Origin: Verrucomicrobiales bacterium
GTDB lineage: Bacteria > Verrucomicrobiota > Verrucomicrobiia > Verrucomicrobiales > V1-33
Assembly (NCBI GenBank): GCA_038210825.1
Contig: JBBQWG010000001.1
Coordinates: 151,630-215,629, forward strand
Length of the DNA stretch: 64,000 nucleotides
Direction of reading: 5' to 3'
Positions 1-12,691 of this stretch are shown in pieces. Under the pieces are notes generated by a model, which saw nothing but the letters and a program-made list of their open reading frames with translations, was not told where the DNA came from and did no database searches. Position 1 is the stretch's first letter. Every line of letters starts with the position of its first letter. Made by a program: the position numbers and the translations under genes.

Positions 1-993
1 CTGGGGGGCGCGAAAATTTACCTCAAGCGGGAGGACCTGCTGCACACCGGGGCGCACAAGATCAACAATGCCATGGGGCAAATCCTGATCGCGCGGCGGC
101 TGGGCAAAAAGCGGATCATTGCCGAAACCGGAGCCGGCCAACACGGCGTGGCGACGGCGACGGTTTGTGCCCGGTTCGGGTTTGAATGTGTGATTTACAT
201 GGGGGCCGAGGACATGCGCCGCCAGGCTCTGAATGTGGCGCGGATGAAATTCCTCGGAGCGGAAGTCCGCGCCGTGACCGCCGGTCAGGCTACCCTCAAG
301 GAAGCGGTCAATGAAGCGATGCGGGACTGGGTCACCAACGTCCGCGATACCCATTACATCCTCGGTTCGGCGCTCGGATCCCATCCTTTCCCCATGATTG
401 TGAGGGATTTCCACCGCGTCATCGGCGTGGAAGCGCGCAAGCAGATCCTCGAACACGAGGACCGCCTGCCGGATTTGCTAATTGCCTGCGTCGGCGGCGG
501 CAGCAATGCGATAGGCCTGTTTCATCCGTTTTTGGGCGATGCGGAAGTGAAGATGACCGGTGTGGAAGCCGGGGGCGAAGGCATCGTGGAAGGAAAACAC
601 GCGGCGCGGTTTGAAGGCGGCAAGCTGGGCGTGCTGCAAGGCACCAAGACCATGCTGCTGGCCAACAGCGACGGGCAGATCATGCTCACCCACAGCGTTA
701 GCGCTGGATTGGATTATGCGGCCGTGGGGCCGGAACATGCTTATTATCAGGCCAATGGCCGGATCCAATACACCTACGCCACTGATGCCGAAGCGTTGGA
801 TGCCTTCCAGGAACTCTCCCGCATGGAAGGCATCATCCCGGCACTGGAAACTTCGCACGGCCTGGCCTACGCCAAAAAAATCGCGCCCACCATGGGCAAG
901 GACCAGATCATCATCGTGAATCTTAGCGGGCGGGGGGACAAGGATGTCGCCGAGGCCTCCCGCCACATTTTCGGGCAGGAACTGAAGTTTTAA
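1..993 (+). CDS. trpB: Tryptophan synthase beta chain, 5'-truncated by the window edge
   Basis: Frame 1 is open from nt 1 ([27 protein letters not shown]...). It carries the PLP-lysine motif HTGAHKINN and the GGGSNAIG loop. Stop at 991-993. Confidence 0.95.
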   Translation: MGGAKIYLKREDLLHTGAHKINNAMGQILIARRLGKKRIIAETGAGQHGVATATVCARFGFECVIYMGAEDMRRQALNVARMKFLGAEVRAVTAGQATLKEAVNEAMRDWVTNVRDTHYILGSALGSHPFPMIVRDFHRVIGVEARKQILEHEDRLPDLLIACVGGGSNAIGLFHPFLGDAEVKMTGVEAGGEGIVEGKHAARFEGGKLGVLQGTKTMLLANSDGQIMLTHSVSAGLDYAAVGPEHAYYQANGRIQYTYATDAEALDAFQELSRMEGIIPALETSHGLAYAKKIAPTMGKDQIIIVNLSGRGDKDVAEASRHIFGQELKF

Positions 994-1064
994 TTTTGCC
1001 TTTTTCAGGGCTTGGAGTTGCCTCTGGAACGGACCTTGCGGTTCTGTTCCCCGTATTTCAGTCC

Positions 1065-1442
1065 ATGAAAACCATGCTAGAAGAATTCAAGAAGTTCATC
1101 CTCAAAGGCGACGTTGTTTCCCTCTCCACCGGGGTGTTGATCGGGGCAGCCTTTGGCAGGGTCGTCGATGGTTTTACCAATGGCATCATCAAACCTTTCC
1201 TCGGAGCGATGGGGGGAGATCCGAATGTCTCGCTGAAACTGTGGATTTTTGATTTGGGCCTGGTCATCAATGCGGTCATCGGCTTTTTGATCACGGCGGC
1301 CGTAATCTTTTTTGTGATCATCAAGCCATATAATCTGCTGATGGCCCGGGTGAAGCGGGGTGAGGTAGTGCCGCCACCCGCCGCGCCCTCGCCGGAGGTG
1401 CTGCTCCTCACAGAAATCCGGGATGCCCTGAAACAAAAATAA
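1065..1442 (+). CDS. mscL: Large-conductance mechanosensitive channel
   Basis: MKTMLEEFKKFILKGDVVSLSTGVLIGAAFGRVVDGFTNGIIKPF is a classic MscL N-terminus. ATG at 1065 lies inside ORF 996..1442, and the size is typical for the family. Confidence 0.9.
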   Translation: MKTMLEEFKKFILKGDVVSLSTGVLIGAAFGRVVDGFTNGIIKPFLGAMGGDPNVSLKLWIFDLGLVINAVIGFLITAAVIFFVIIKPYNLLMARVKRGEVVPPPAAPSPEVLLLTEIRDALKQK

Positions 1443-1493
1443 CCAGATTCCGGACCAGTGCGGTGCGCAGGGTGCTGAGGGGGGGCAACGTCC

Positions 1494-3974
1494 CTATCTT
1501 CTTCGGCGCCGGCCTGTTTTTGCTTTGGCTTCGGCTTCTGCCGGCTTGGCTTCGCTGCCTTTGGCTTTGGCAGGCCGGGCATCCTGAGGGCGCACCGGTT
1601 TGCCGCCGCTGCCGCCGGGTTTGGCGGTGGCAGGTTTGCCGCGGCGCTCCGGCCGTCCTTCCCCGCGTTTTTCGCCGGGGCGGGGGCCTTTGCTCCGGGA
1701 GCGTCCCCCGCGGTCGCCCATCGGCGGGGCCTTGGAATTGCTGGCGGTGACACGGAGGAGGCGGAAGTTGACCGTGCCGCGCTCGCGGTCGATGCCGGTG
1801 GGCACGGCCTCCACAAAATCCCCGGCGCGGATCGCGACTTCGGGATTGCGGTTCCGCAGGGTGGAGCTGGCGGCATCAAAGAACGGGTCAGGCAGCCCCA
1901 GATCGGGCAGGCGGATGGCTCCGCGGGTCTGACTGTTAGTGGTTTCAATGAACAGGCCGAATGGCAATACCCGGCTGACCATGCAGAGCCAGGGCTCGGG
2001 CGTTTCCATGGATGCCAGCCGCTCAAAAAATTCCAGTTCCTTGAGGCGGCGGCTTTCCATCTCGGCATCCGCACTGACACGTTCCGTGGTGGAGATGTGC
2101 TCGGCGGTCTCCTTCATGTGGGCATAGTCCGGCGTCTTCATGCTGCCGCCGCTGCCCGGAGCCCGGGTCAGATTCCATAACAACCGGTGGACAATCAAAT
2201 CGGCATACCGCCGGATCGGACTGGTGAAGTGGGTATAGTGCTTGAAATGCAGTCCGTAATGGCCCAGCGACTCCGGTGAATAAACCGCGCGCTTCAGGCT
2301 CTTGAGCAGGGTCAGCTTAAGCATGGGTTCCTCCGGCCGGCCGGCAAACGCAGCGATGGCTTTTTGCAATTCGGCCCGCACTCCAAGGTCACCGGTTTGA
2401 ATTCCGGCCGCAGCCAGAATTTCACGCAGTTCATCGAGCTTGGCCTGGTCCGGCTCCTCGTGGATCCGGTAGATGGACGGCCGGCCGCTTTGCAATAACG
2501 TTTCGGCGACGGCTTCATTGGCCGCCAGCATGAATTCCTCGATCAACTGGTGGCTCTCGTCATACCGGATGGTGGCCAGCCGCACCGGGACGCCCTTTTC
2601 GTCGAGGATGATTTTGATTTCCGGGAACTCGAGGTCGAGGGCACCGTGTTGATAGCGCCGTTTGCGCATCATAGCCGCCAGCTTCCAGGCGCGCTGGAGC
2701 AGGTCGCTGTCCGGATCTCCAGCATCCGGGGCTTTCAGGGATGCCATCGCTTCCTCATAACTGTAGCGCCGGGCACTGCGGATGATGCCGGCCCCAAACC
2801 GCTGGCCGGTGCGGCGGCCTTTGGCATCATAGGTGAGAACGGCAAAACGGGTCAGTTTATCCTCGTGGGGACGCAGGCTGCACAGGCCGTTGGACAGGCG
2901 CTCCGGCAGCATGGGAATGACCCGGTCCACCAGATAGGTGCTGTTGCCGCGCTCCCGGGCCTCCTTGTCGAGGGCACTGCCGGGCGTCACGTAGTGGGCC
3001 ACATCCGCAATGTGGACATGGAGTTCAAATCCCCCGTCCTTGAGTCCGGTCACCCCGATGGCATCATCAAAATCCTTGGCATCAAAAGGATCGATGGTGA
3101 TGATATGATGGCCCCGGCAATCTTCGCGACGGGCGATTTCGGCGGCGGGAATTTCGTCAGGATGGGAGGCCGCTTCCTTGAGCACGGCGTCCGGAAACTC
3201 CATCGGGAGGCGGAATTTGTAAATAATGCCCAGCACATCCACGCCTTTTTCCCCGGGCCGTCCGAGGCGTTTCACCAGATGCCCCTTCATGCGGGAACTG
3301 CGGGTCGGCCACTCGTCGATGGCGACCACCACCTTGTCCCCCGCTTTGGCTTCGGTGTCCTCACTGATCTGGAGGTCGACGTTAGGGAGAAGAACGTCGT
3401 CCGGAATGACCCACGCGTGTTTGGCCCGGATGAAGAGCGTGCCGGGGATGTTCTGGTTGCGGCGTTCGAGAATCTTAACGACGCGCGCTTCAAGGTGGAC
3501 TTCCTGCGGGGCGCGTTCGTTTTTGGGCTGGCCACGGCGGGCTTTTTCGCTGCGCCACCACGATGGCGGGGCGGAAGCCGTCACCTTGACGCTGACCCGG
3601 TCCCCATTGAGGGCGGTGCCGAGGTGTTCCTCCGGAATGGGCAGCCGGGCGTCGGGATCGGCTCCAAGGATAGTATACACCGCAGCATTGTCCTGGTCGC
3701 CCTGTTCCGGGCGGAAGGAGCCGCCGCCCCCCGGTTTGCTGAAAATGGTGCCGTTGAGCAACCGCTGATCACCGGTGCGCAAACGGTAGCGCCGTCCGTC
3801 ACCTTCCGTGATCTGGCCGGCGTCGGTCAATTCACGCAACACCTGCCGCAGCCCGGCCCGGTCATCGGTGGGCACGCCGAGGGTGCGGGCGATCTCGTTT
3901 TTCGTCATGGCAGCCGTGGCCGTTTGGGCCAGCAGGACCAGAATTTTTTCTGTTAGGGGGAGGTCTGGAGTCAT
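1494..3974 (-). CDS. rnr: Ribonuclease R (RNB-family 3'-5' exoribonuclease) with a basic C-terminal tail
   Basis: 826 aa. RNB catalytic-region motifs are present (IDPFDAKDFDDAI, HIADVAHYV, DRVIPMLPERLSNGLCSLRP). A C-terminal S1-like region is followed by a Lys/Arg/Gly-rich tail. Confidence 0.93.
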   Translation of the reverse strand: MTPDLPLTEKILVLLAQTATAAMTKNEIARTLGVPTDDRAGLRQVLRELTDAGQITEGDGRRYRLRTGDQRLLNGTIFSKPGGGGSFRPEQGDQDNAAVYTILGADPDARLPIPEEHLGTALNGDRVSVKVTASAPPSWWRSEKARRGQPKNERAPQEVHLEARVVKILERRNQNIPGTLFIRAKHAWVIPDDVLLPNVDLQISEDTEAKAGDKVVVAIDEWPTRSSRMKGHLVKRLGRPGEKGVDVLGIIYKFRLPMEFPDAVLKEAASHPDEIPAAEIARREDCRGHHIITIDPFDAKDFDDAIGVTGLKDGGFELHVHIADVAHYVTPGSALDKEARERGNSTYLVDRVIPMLPERLSNGLCSLRPHEDKLTRFAVLTYDAKGRRTGQRFGAGIIRSARRYSYEEAMASLKAPDAGDPDSDLLQRAWKLAAMMRKRRYQHGALDLEFPEIKIILDEKGVPVRLATIRYDESHQLIEEFMLAANEAVAETLLQSGRPSIYRIHEEPDQAKLDELREILAAAGIQTGDLGVRAELQKAIAAFAGRPEEPMLKLTLLKSLKRAVYSPESLGHYGLHFKHYTHFTSPIRRYADLIVHRLLWNLTRAPGSGGSMKTPDYAHMKETAEHISTTERVSADAEMESRRLKELEFFERLASMETPEPWLCMVSRVLPFGLFIETTNSQTRGAIRLPDLGLPDPFFDAASSTLRNRNPEVAIRAGDFVEAVPTGIDRERGTVNFRLLRVTASNSKAPPMGDRGGRSRSKGPRPGEKRGEGRPERRGKPATAKPGGSGGKPVRPQDARPAKAKGSEAKPAEAEAKAKTGRRRRR

Positions 3975-4091
3975 TTTGCCCTCCTCCTTGGCCCAGCATC
4001 CGGGAAATTCCTAGTCGATTTCATCTTTTTGCTTTATCATCGGCCTACCCCGCTGCTATATCCAATCAAATTCACCCTCCCCCAAATCTTT

Positions 4092-4730
4092 ATGAAAATC
4101 CTCTCCCCGCTGCCCCGGCCCCGTGATGCCGGATTCACCCTCATTGAGCTGCTGGTGGTGATTTCCATCATCGCCATCCTCGCCGCCGCTTCCATCGGCG
4201 GCTACAGCAAAATCACGGAAGGTGTCCGCAAGAAGGAAGCCGGCATCATGGCCATCGCGATCGGTAACGCCGTGGAACAGTTTTACGGGGACTACAACAA
4301 ACTCCCCCGCCCCACTTCTGCCACTGATGGTGCGGATTCCGAAACCACCACCGAGTCCGGTGAAGGAATCGTGAAGGTCCTGATCGGCAAGGAAGGGGAG
4401 TCGGAGTCCGTTCAAAATCCCCGGAATGTGGACTACGCCGAAGGCATCAAGGCCGCCAAGGCCGGCAAACAGAAGGCCGCCACCGCCGGAGCCAGCGACA
4501 AATGGTCCAACGGCCTCGTCTACGAAGACGAAAACTATTCCATCGTCGACGCCTGGGGCAACTACTACAAAATCAAACTGGACTCCGATTATGACAAGGA
4601 GTTGGACAATCCCAACATCGACCAAGTCGCCGAAGGCCGCACAAAAATCCCCAAGCGCGTCCTCGTCTGGTCCCCCGGCAAAGATGGCAAAGAGGAGACA
4701 TGGGAAGACAATCCGATGTCATGGGATTGA
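4092..4730 (+). CDS. Prepilin-type N-terminal cleavage/methylation domain protein (pseudopilin-like)
   Basis: GFTLIELLVVISIIAILAA is the canonical prepilin leader and hydrophobic helix. ATG at 4092 lies within ORF 4029..4730. Confidence 0.8.
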   Translation: MKILSPLPRPRDAGFTLIELLVVISIIAILAAASIGGYSKITEGVRKKEAGIMAIAIGNAVEQFYGDYNKLPRPTSATDGADSETTTESGEGIVKVLIGKEGESESVQNPRNVDYAEGIKAAKAGKQKAATAGASDKWSNGLVYEDENYSIVDAWGNYYKIKLDSDYDKELDNPNIDQVAEGRTKIPKRVLVWSPGKDGKEETWEDNPMSWD

Positions 4731-4783
4731 TCCCCCTCCCCGGCCGATGGGGTTGATTCGGCAAAACCTTCCCTATTTCCCGC

Positions 4784-5491
4784 ATGCCAGCACCGGTCGG
4801 GGCCGCTCCGTTTGATCTCTACGGTGCTGCCCATCTGGGGGCCTTGAGCGTGACCTTGCTTTTGGCTGTTGGGCTGGTCCTCCACGTTAGGCGCTACCCG
4901 CAGCGGGCCGGTGGCATCGCCAAAGCCCTCGCCGTCATCCTCCTAACTTTTTATCCGGGGCATGTCCTGATCCTGTGGAAGTCCGGTTATCTGAACCGGG
5001 AAAATGCCTTCCCCTGCCAGCTCTGCGACATTGCCGCGATGCTCGGAGCAGTGGCCCTGCTCACCCGGAACCAGCGGGTGGCCGAATTGGTCTGGTTTTG
5101 GGGTATGGCCGGCACCCTGAATGGTCTCCTGACCCCGGCGCTTAGCGAGAGCTTCCCCTCTTACGCCTATTTCGCTTTCTTTGCCCTGCACAGCGGGGTG
5201 GTCATTGCTGCGGTATTCCTTGTTGCGGGATTGAAACTGCAACCGGCCCCCGGAGCCGTCTGGAGAGCCTTTGGCTGGCTCCATCTTTACCTGTTGGCCG
5301 CCGGAACCGTCAATTGGCTCTCCGGGGCGAACTATGGTTTTCTCCGGGAAAAGCCCCCCCAAGCCAGTCCCCTCGACCTCCTCGGTCCGTGGCCGTGGTA
5401 TCTGGGGGGCCTTGAAGTGCTGGCCCTGCTGCTTTTTTCCCTGCTCTATTTGCCCTTCCGCCGGCCCGCCCAGCCCGCTGCGGCAACATGA
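4784..5491 (+). CDS. Integral membrane protein, TIGR02206 (YwaF-like) family
   Basis: Multi-TM profile. The motifs FPCQLCDIAA and NYGFLREKPPQASPLDLLGPWPWY resemble that family as I recall it. Confidence 0.6.
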   Translation: MPAPVGAAPFDLYGAAHLGALSVTLLLAVGLVLHVRRYPQRAGGIAKALAVILLTFYPGHVLILWKSGYLNRENAFPCQLCDIAAMLGAVALLTRNQRVAELVWFWGMAGTLNGLLTPALSESFPSYAYFAFFALHSGVVIAAVFLVAGLKLQPAPGAVWRAFGWLHLYLLAAGTVNWLSGANYGFLREKPPQASPLDLLGPWPWYLGGLEVLALLLFSLLYLPFRRPAQPAAAT

Positions 5492-5849
5492 AAATTCCAT
5501 CTTGCGCATCCTTGGCAGATTCGGTATATTCCACCAACGATTTACGAATGCTGACCCTTTTGCCGACCTTTTCCTGCTGCGCTACTCATTCAGTGTCTGG
5601 TTCCGGCATTGTCAGATTTGGGGCCGCACCGCACGGTAAGGCTTCTGTTTCCCACTCTCTTCCGGTCGTCCGGGAGAGCCGCATATTCCGACCATGATGC
5701 GGACGGCTGTATCTTCTTTGCCACGGGCTGGCCATGGCCACCCCGTGCGCGGAACTGCCCGCTTCTCCCTTTCCTTCTGATCAACCCATAACCTGCCTAC
5801 GCGTATTCCCTCTCCGCCCCCCAGAAAACAGCCCAGCCGCTACCGCGAC

Positions 5850-6533
5850 ATGACGCGCGTCAATGACCGCATCCGCGCACCCAAAATCCGCGTCGTTGAT
5901 GGCCGCACCCACGAACAGCTCGGCATCATGTCCGTGCCGGAAGCCCTTCAAATTGCCCGCCAACGGGGTTTGGATCTGGTGGAAGTGTCTGCTGACGCCA
6001 AGCCGCCCGTCTGTAAGATCATCGACTACGGCAAATACAAATACGAGCAGTCCAAACACTCCAAGGACACTGGCAAAAACAAGGGTGGCAAGGTCAAGGA
6101 AGTCAAGTTCCGCGCCAATATCAGTGAGAATGATTACAATATCAAACTCCAGCACGCCGAGGAATTCCTGAGCGAAAATAACAAACTCCGCGTCGTGCTC
6201 CAGTTCCGCGGCCGCGAAGGGGCCCACCCCGAAATCGGGTTCGCCCGCATGATGCGGATTGTGGATGACCTCAAAACCATGAGCCATCTCGACATGCCGC
6301 CCCGCCAGGCCGGCCGCGCCATCAGCATGGCCCTTTCCCCCCTTCCCTCCAACCAACGCGTCCGCCGCTTTGCCAAACCCAAGGTCGAATATGTCGAGGA
6401 CGTTGGCAGCGAGGAGGATGACGACCGGGACGAGGAGAATACTCCACACCTCCACACGCTCAGCCTTGAAGAGGTGCTCGATGAAATGGAGGATGACAAC
6501 GGACGGCCCAAAAAACGGAAGAAAGCAGAGTGA
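5850..6533 (+). CDS. infC: Translation initiation factor IF-3 with an acidic C-terminal extension
   Basis: [64 protein letters not shown] and [25 protein letters not shown] are IF3 N- and C-domain signatures. An extra tail of about 45 aa rich in D/E follows. Confidence 0.93.
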   Translation: [227 protein letters not shown]

Positions 6534-6817
6534 TTGCTTTCCCGTGACCGCCGTTTCCTGACAATTCATCCGCTTCCCTCCACCATCCCCACGGAACTGC
6601 CCTGCCCGCCTGGGGCGGTCCGGCGGCGGGCCTCTGGTTCATGCCGGTGCCGGTGCCTTGGGACCGCAACTCCCGGTTTGACTCCCTGACCGTCCCCGTT
6701 AAAGTCCCGCCTCCCCGGACCGGATGTTTCGGGCGCTAACTATATCGCCTTTTCCGGCCCGGTAGCGCTTTTCCCCGTTCCACTTCGACCACCCAACCCA
6801 ACCAGCAGATACTACAC

Positions 6818-9619
<2,802 letters not shown>

Positions 9620-9657
9620 AACCACTCACGCGCCCAGCGCCTGAGCTATAACACATT

Positions 9658-9695
9658 ATAGGCCCTATATGCCCCATGCGGCGTATAGGGCCTAT
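9658..9695. repeat. Perfect 12-bp palindromic hairpin repeat (ATAGGCCCTATA / TATAGGGCCTAT) with an ATGCCCCATG-containing loop
   Basis: The arm at 9658-9669 pairs perfectly with 9684-9695, leaving a 14-nt loop tgccccatgcggcg. Read directly from the sequence. Confidence 0.7.
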
Positions 9696-9751
9696 TTTTT
9701 GTGCCCGCAGGCAGCTGCCATATTACTGTGGCGGCACTCCCGTCCCGCAAC

Positions 9752-9782
9752 TATAGGCCCCATATGCCCCATGGGCCCTATA
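9752..9782. repeat. Second copy of the same palindromic element (TATAGGCCCC / GGGCCCTATA, 9 of 10 bp)
   Basis: It shares the core TATAGGCCC(n)ATATGCCCCATG with the 9657-9678 copy, and its loop is atatgccccat. Confidence 0.65.
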
Positions 9783-9811
9783 CGACCTATTCCCTTCCCA
9801 CCCGCCCCGCC

Positions 9812-10382
9812 ATGTCAGAAGACAGCTTCCTCCCTCCACGCGGAACTACCAGGATCTTCTCGCCTACCAAAAATCCGGAATCGTCTTCGACCTCACCTGG
9901 CACTTCTGCCACCGCTTCCTGAAAAAAGGAGACCGAACCATCGACCAAATGATCCAGGCCGCCGGGTCCGGCAAACAAACCATCGCCGAAGGCAGCAAAG
10001 CCGCCCAAACCTCCACCGAAACGGAAATCAAACTCACCAACGTGGCCCGCGCCAGCCTCGAGGAACTCCCATCGACTACCAGGACTAACTGCGCGTCCGA
10101 TCCCACCCCGTTTGGGAGAAAAACTCCAAAGAAGCCCTCTATGTGCGCCGCCTAGGCAATAAGGCCCATACGACCTATGACGCCTATCGGCCCTTCGTCG
10201 AAACCCGCCCCGCCGAAACCATCGCCAACATCGCGATCTGCCTCCTGCACCAAACCAACTATCTCCTCGACCAATACATCCGCCGTCTCCAAAAAGATTT
10301 CATCCAGCAAGGCGGCCTCCGCGAGCGCATGACCAAAGCCCGCCTCGACTACCGCAACCGCCCCAAACCCAACCACGAATAG
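9812..10382 (+). pseudogene. Four-helix-bundle protein (23S rRNA IVS-protein-like, with suffix domain), disrupted
   Basis: The homologous reading runs through three frames. First MSEDSFLPPRG in the frame of ORF 9701, then NYQDLLAYQKSGIVFDLTWHFCHRFLKKGDRTIDQMIQAAGSGKQTIAEGSKAAQTSTETEIKLTNVARASLEEL in the frame of ORF 9949. It ends with PIDYQD*LRVRSHPVWEKNSKEALYVRRLGNK...LLDQYIRRLQKDFIQQGGLRERMTKARLDYR in the frame of ORF 10143. That gives two frameshifts (about 9840 and about 10066) and an in-frame TAA at 10086-10088. Confidence 0.75.
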
Positions 10383-10447
10383 CCCGAACCACCAACCGGC
10401 CCTAAAATAGCCCCACCCTCCGGGCCACCAACAAAAACTGGCCATTC

Positions 10448-10464
10448 ATAGGCCTTATGCCCCA
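10448..10464. repeat. Partial copy of the ATAGGCC-TATGCCCCA repeat core
   Basis: ataggccttatgcccca matches the core of the 9657 and 9752 elements. GGCCCTAAAA also recurs near 10399 and 10522. Confidence 0.45.
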
Positions 10465-10533
10465 GCCCCCGAAATCAGACAGCACGCCACTCCCAGCCCC
10501 ACCGCTGAATGCAAAAAAATAGGCCCTAAAAGC

Positions 10534-12062
10534 GTGTATCCGCGGCTGGCCAATGGCGTCTTCCTGATCGGGATGGGCACCAATACATACTACGAAACGG
10601 CTCACAGAGTGCGCGTAAAACGCGTCGCCGTTCATCCGCTATATGACGACTACTTATTTGCGCCAAATCGTGTCGACCTGGCCCTGCTGGAACTGGAATC
10701 CCCCATCGAAGGTTATGCGGATGCCATCCTTGGGGTCCCAACACCCGCTGACGGTGCCCAGTTGGTCGCTGCTGGATTTGGAAGAGCCGGGCGTCCTTTG
10801 GCCACACCGCCTCCAGCCGGGATGACTGGATATTTGAGGGGGGTGGGTGGCTCCAAAATATACCAGCACTGATCCCTATGGTCGCATTTACGTCTTTCGG
10901 ACTAGGTTCTTAGTCGGCAATTACCTGAACGCAAATGCATGTCCGGGTGACTCCGGTAGCCCCGGATTTGTCTGGGATGCCATCTTGAATAACTACCGTT
11001 TGGCAGGGATTGCGTCCTGGGTCAATGACGAGAATTGCGTGCAACAGATCAGTCACACGGCATTCGTTAATCTGGCTGATCCAATTTCCAAAAACTGGAT
11101 CACCGAAACCATTTCAAGCGCACCGACGAATCCGCAGCCCCAACTAACAATTTCTTCCGTTCGGCGTAGTGGAACTGCGTCTGACTGGACTAAACATCGA
11201 TCCCGCTTCATGGCGAGTCGAAGAATCGTCGAATCTCGAGCAATGGGAGGGTGAATTCACGTTCACCTCCAATGTCTGCCTGCGACCCGTGCCCGGTGCC
11301 AAGCGATACTGGCGGGCCTATCAACTCCCCGCAAATCCCATCCTCCCATTCTCCAATCTCGGCACCATCGGCGTGGCGGGGAACGCGACAGGCAAGGACA
11401 TAACCGCCGGAGTTCCCGGAGCCATTAGTAGCAGCCAGAACCGCGCCATCCGCAGCACCCTTGCCAAGATCGGCGGCAGTGTCATCACTCCCTACCAAGC
11501 CGCGTTCAATCCCAACGGCCCGTTCAGCGTGGAAATCTGGGCCAAGCCAGGACAAACCCGGGATCTGGGTCAAATGATCCTATCATATGCACCGGACGCG
11601 GTAACCGGCGATTTTGGAGGCTGGCGCCTTTCCCAGGGGAGGCCATCACCCCAGGATGGCAATGGATTCGATTTTGCGGTTTTTACCACCCAGAGCGACA
11701 ACCGCACCATAAGGGCCACTGCGGCCGTGAACGTGCAGCCGGGCAACCTCTATCACGTCGTCGGCGTCTAAGACGGCACGCAGGTAGAAGTCTATGTAAA
11801 TGGCGTCCGCATGTCGCAGGTCCCCATGCCTTCCGGCCACACCGTCCGGCCCAACCCATGGGCCGGTGTCGTGGTCGGGGGCCACAACTACTGGTATCTT
11901 GGCGACCTTGACGAACCCGCCATCTACCCCCGCGCCCTGACCCCCGCGGAGGTGTTGGAGCACTATCAGGCCGGCACCGCCGCCACCCCGCCGGTTACCT
12001 ACCGTGACGTGGTCCTCGGCGACAACCCGGTCGGCTACTGGCCCTTCGACGAACCCGGCTCC
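10534..12062 (+). pseudogene. Decayed secreted trypsin-like (S1) serine protease + LamG (concanavalin-like) domain gene, truncated at both ends
   Basis: Four ORF fragments (10534..10872, 10847..11254, 11169..11771, 11811..) make one continuous reading. It contains S1 motifs (VDLALLELESP, ACPGDSGSPGF) but no upstream His-motif region. The LamG jelly-roll is interrupted by an in-frame TAA at 11769-11771 (LYHVVGV*DGTQVEVYVNGV). Frameshifts lie near 10850-10870 and 11160-11170. Recognisable similarity stops near 12062. Confidence 0.7.
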
Positions 12063-12262
12063 CGCCGGGATACCCCTTCCGGCTCCGCCAGCCACCGCCT
12101 TCACCTTCCAAGCCTCACCCTCCCCCCCTGCAGCAGTCAGCCAGTGTTGCGGAGGTGGCTTGCCCGAGCCATGAATCACGGGGACCCTCCGGCTGGACCT
12201 TACTTGCGTTTCCACTTGGGAGAAAAACGGGAGAGCGTTGCATGGAAGGGAGTGGCGGACGG

Positions 12263-12688
12263 TCACGGGTAGGCCGTGAATTGACCGAAGACGGTGAAAT
12301 CGTTGGGATTGAGTGTGTAGATATCCGTGATCCCGGCGCAGTGCCAAGTGGCGGCGATGAGGGTATCGAGCAGGCGTTTGCGGCCAAGTTGGTATTCTTT
12401 GAGCCACGCCAGCCACTGTTGGGTGACGGCGGCATCCTGCGGGAGAAGGTGAACTTCGGCGGCTTGCGACCAGAAACCGGCGAGACGGATGGCATCGGCC
12501 ATGACGAGAGGCCGGGAGAAACGGCGCGCATCCGTGGCGACATGGATGAACTCCGCCAAGATACCGGGCGTCAGGGCAAAGGTGGCTCCGGTTTGCGCCG
12601 CTTCGATGGAAAGTGCGCGGCAGATGGCATGGTCAGGATGCTCCGGGATCGCCCACGCGATGAGAAAACTGGTATCGATGCCGATCAT
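12263..12688 (-). CDS. vapC: PIN-domain toxin (VapC family)
   Basis: 141 aa. MIGIDTSFLIAW carries the first PIN acidic residue, followed by LAEFIHVATD and a C-terminal NPNDF. It lies immediately downstream of a small RHH-type gene. Confidence 0.85.
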   Translation of the reverse strand: MIGIDTSFLIAWAIPEHPDHAICRALSIEAAQTGATFALTPGILAEFIHVATDARRFSRPLVMADAIRLAGFWSQAAEVHLLPQDAAVTQQWLAWLKEYQLGRKRLLDTLIAATWHCAGITDIYTLNPNDFTVFGQFTAYP

Positions 12689-12691
12689 GCG

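Noticed and set aside
5502-5530. Sigma70-like promoter match TTGCGC-17 nt-TATATT about 320 nt upstream of infC.
   Set aside because: It is a single motif match far from the start codon, in a phylum whose promoter consensus I cannot assume. It is not strong enough to report as a feature.
5850-5852. Checked whether infC uses the unusual AUU start found in many bacteria.
   Set aside because: An ordinary ATG at 5850 gives a normal IF-3 N-terminus, so nothing is unusual here.
9669-10088. A 139-aa ORF with a PIGPICPMGPIRPI-like low-complexity sequence.
   Set aside because: It arises from translating the ATAGGCCC/ATGCCCC repeats and off-frames of the four-helix-bundle pseudogene. It is not an independent gene.
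10870-10872. TGA ending ORF 10534..10872, considered as another possible Sec codon.
   Set aside because: The homologous reading continues in a different frame (ORF 10847..11254), so this is a frameshift in a pseudogene and not in-frame recoding.
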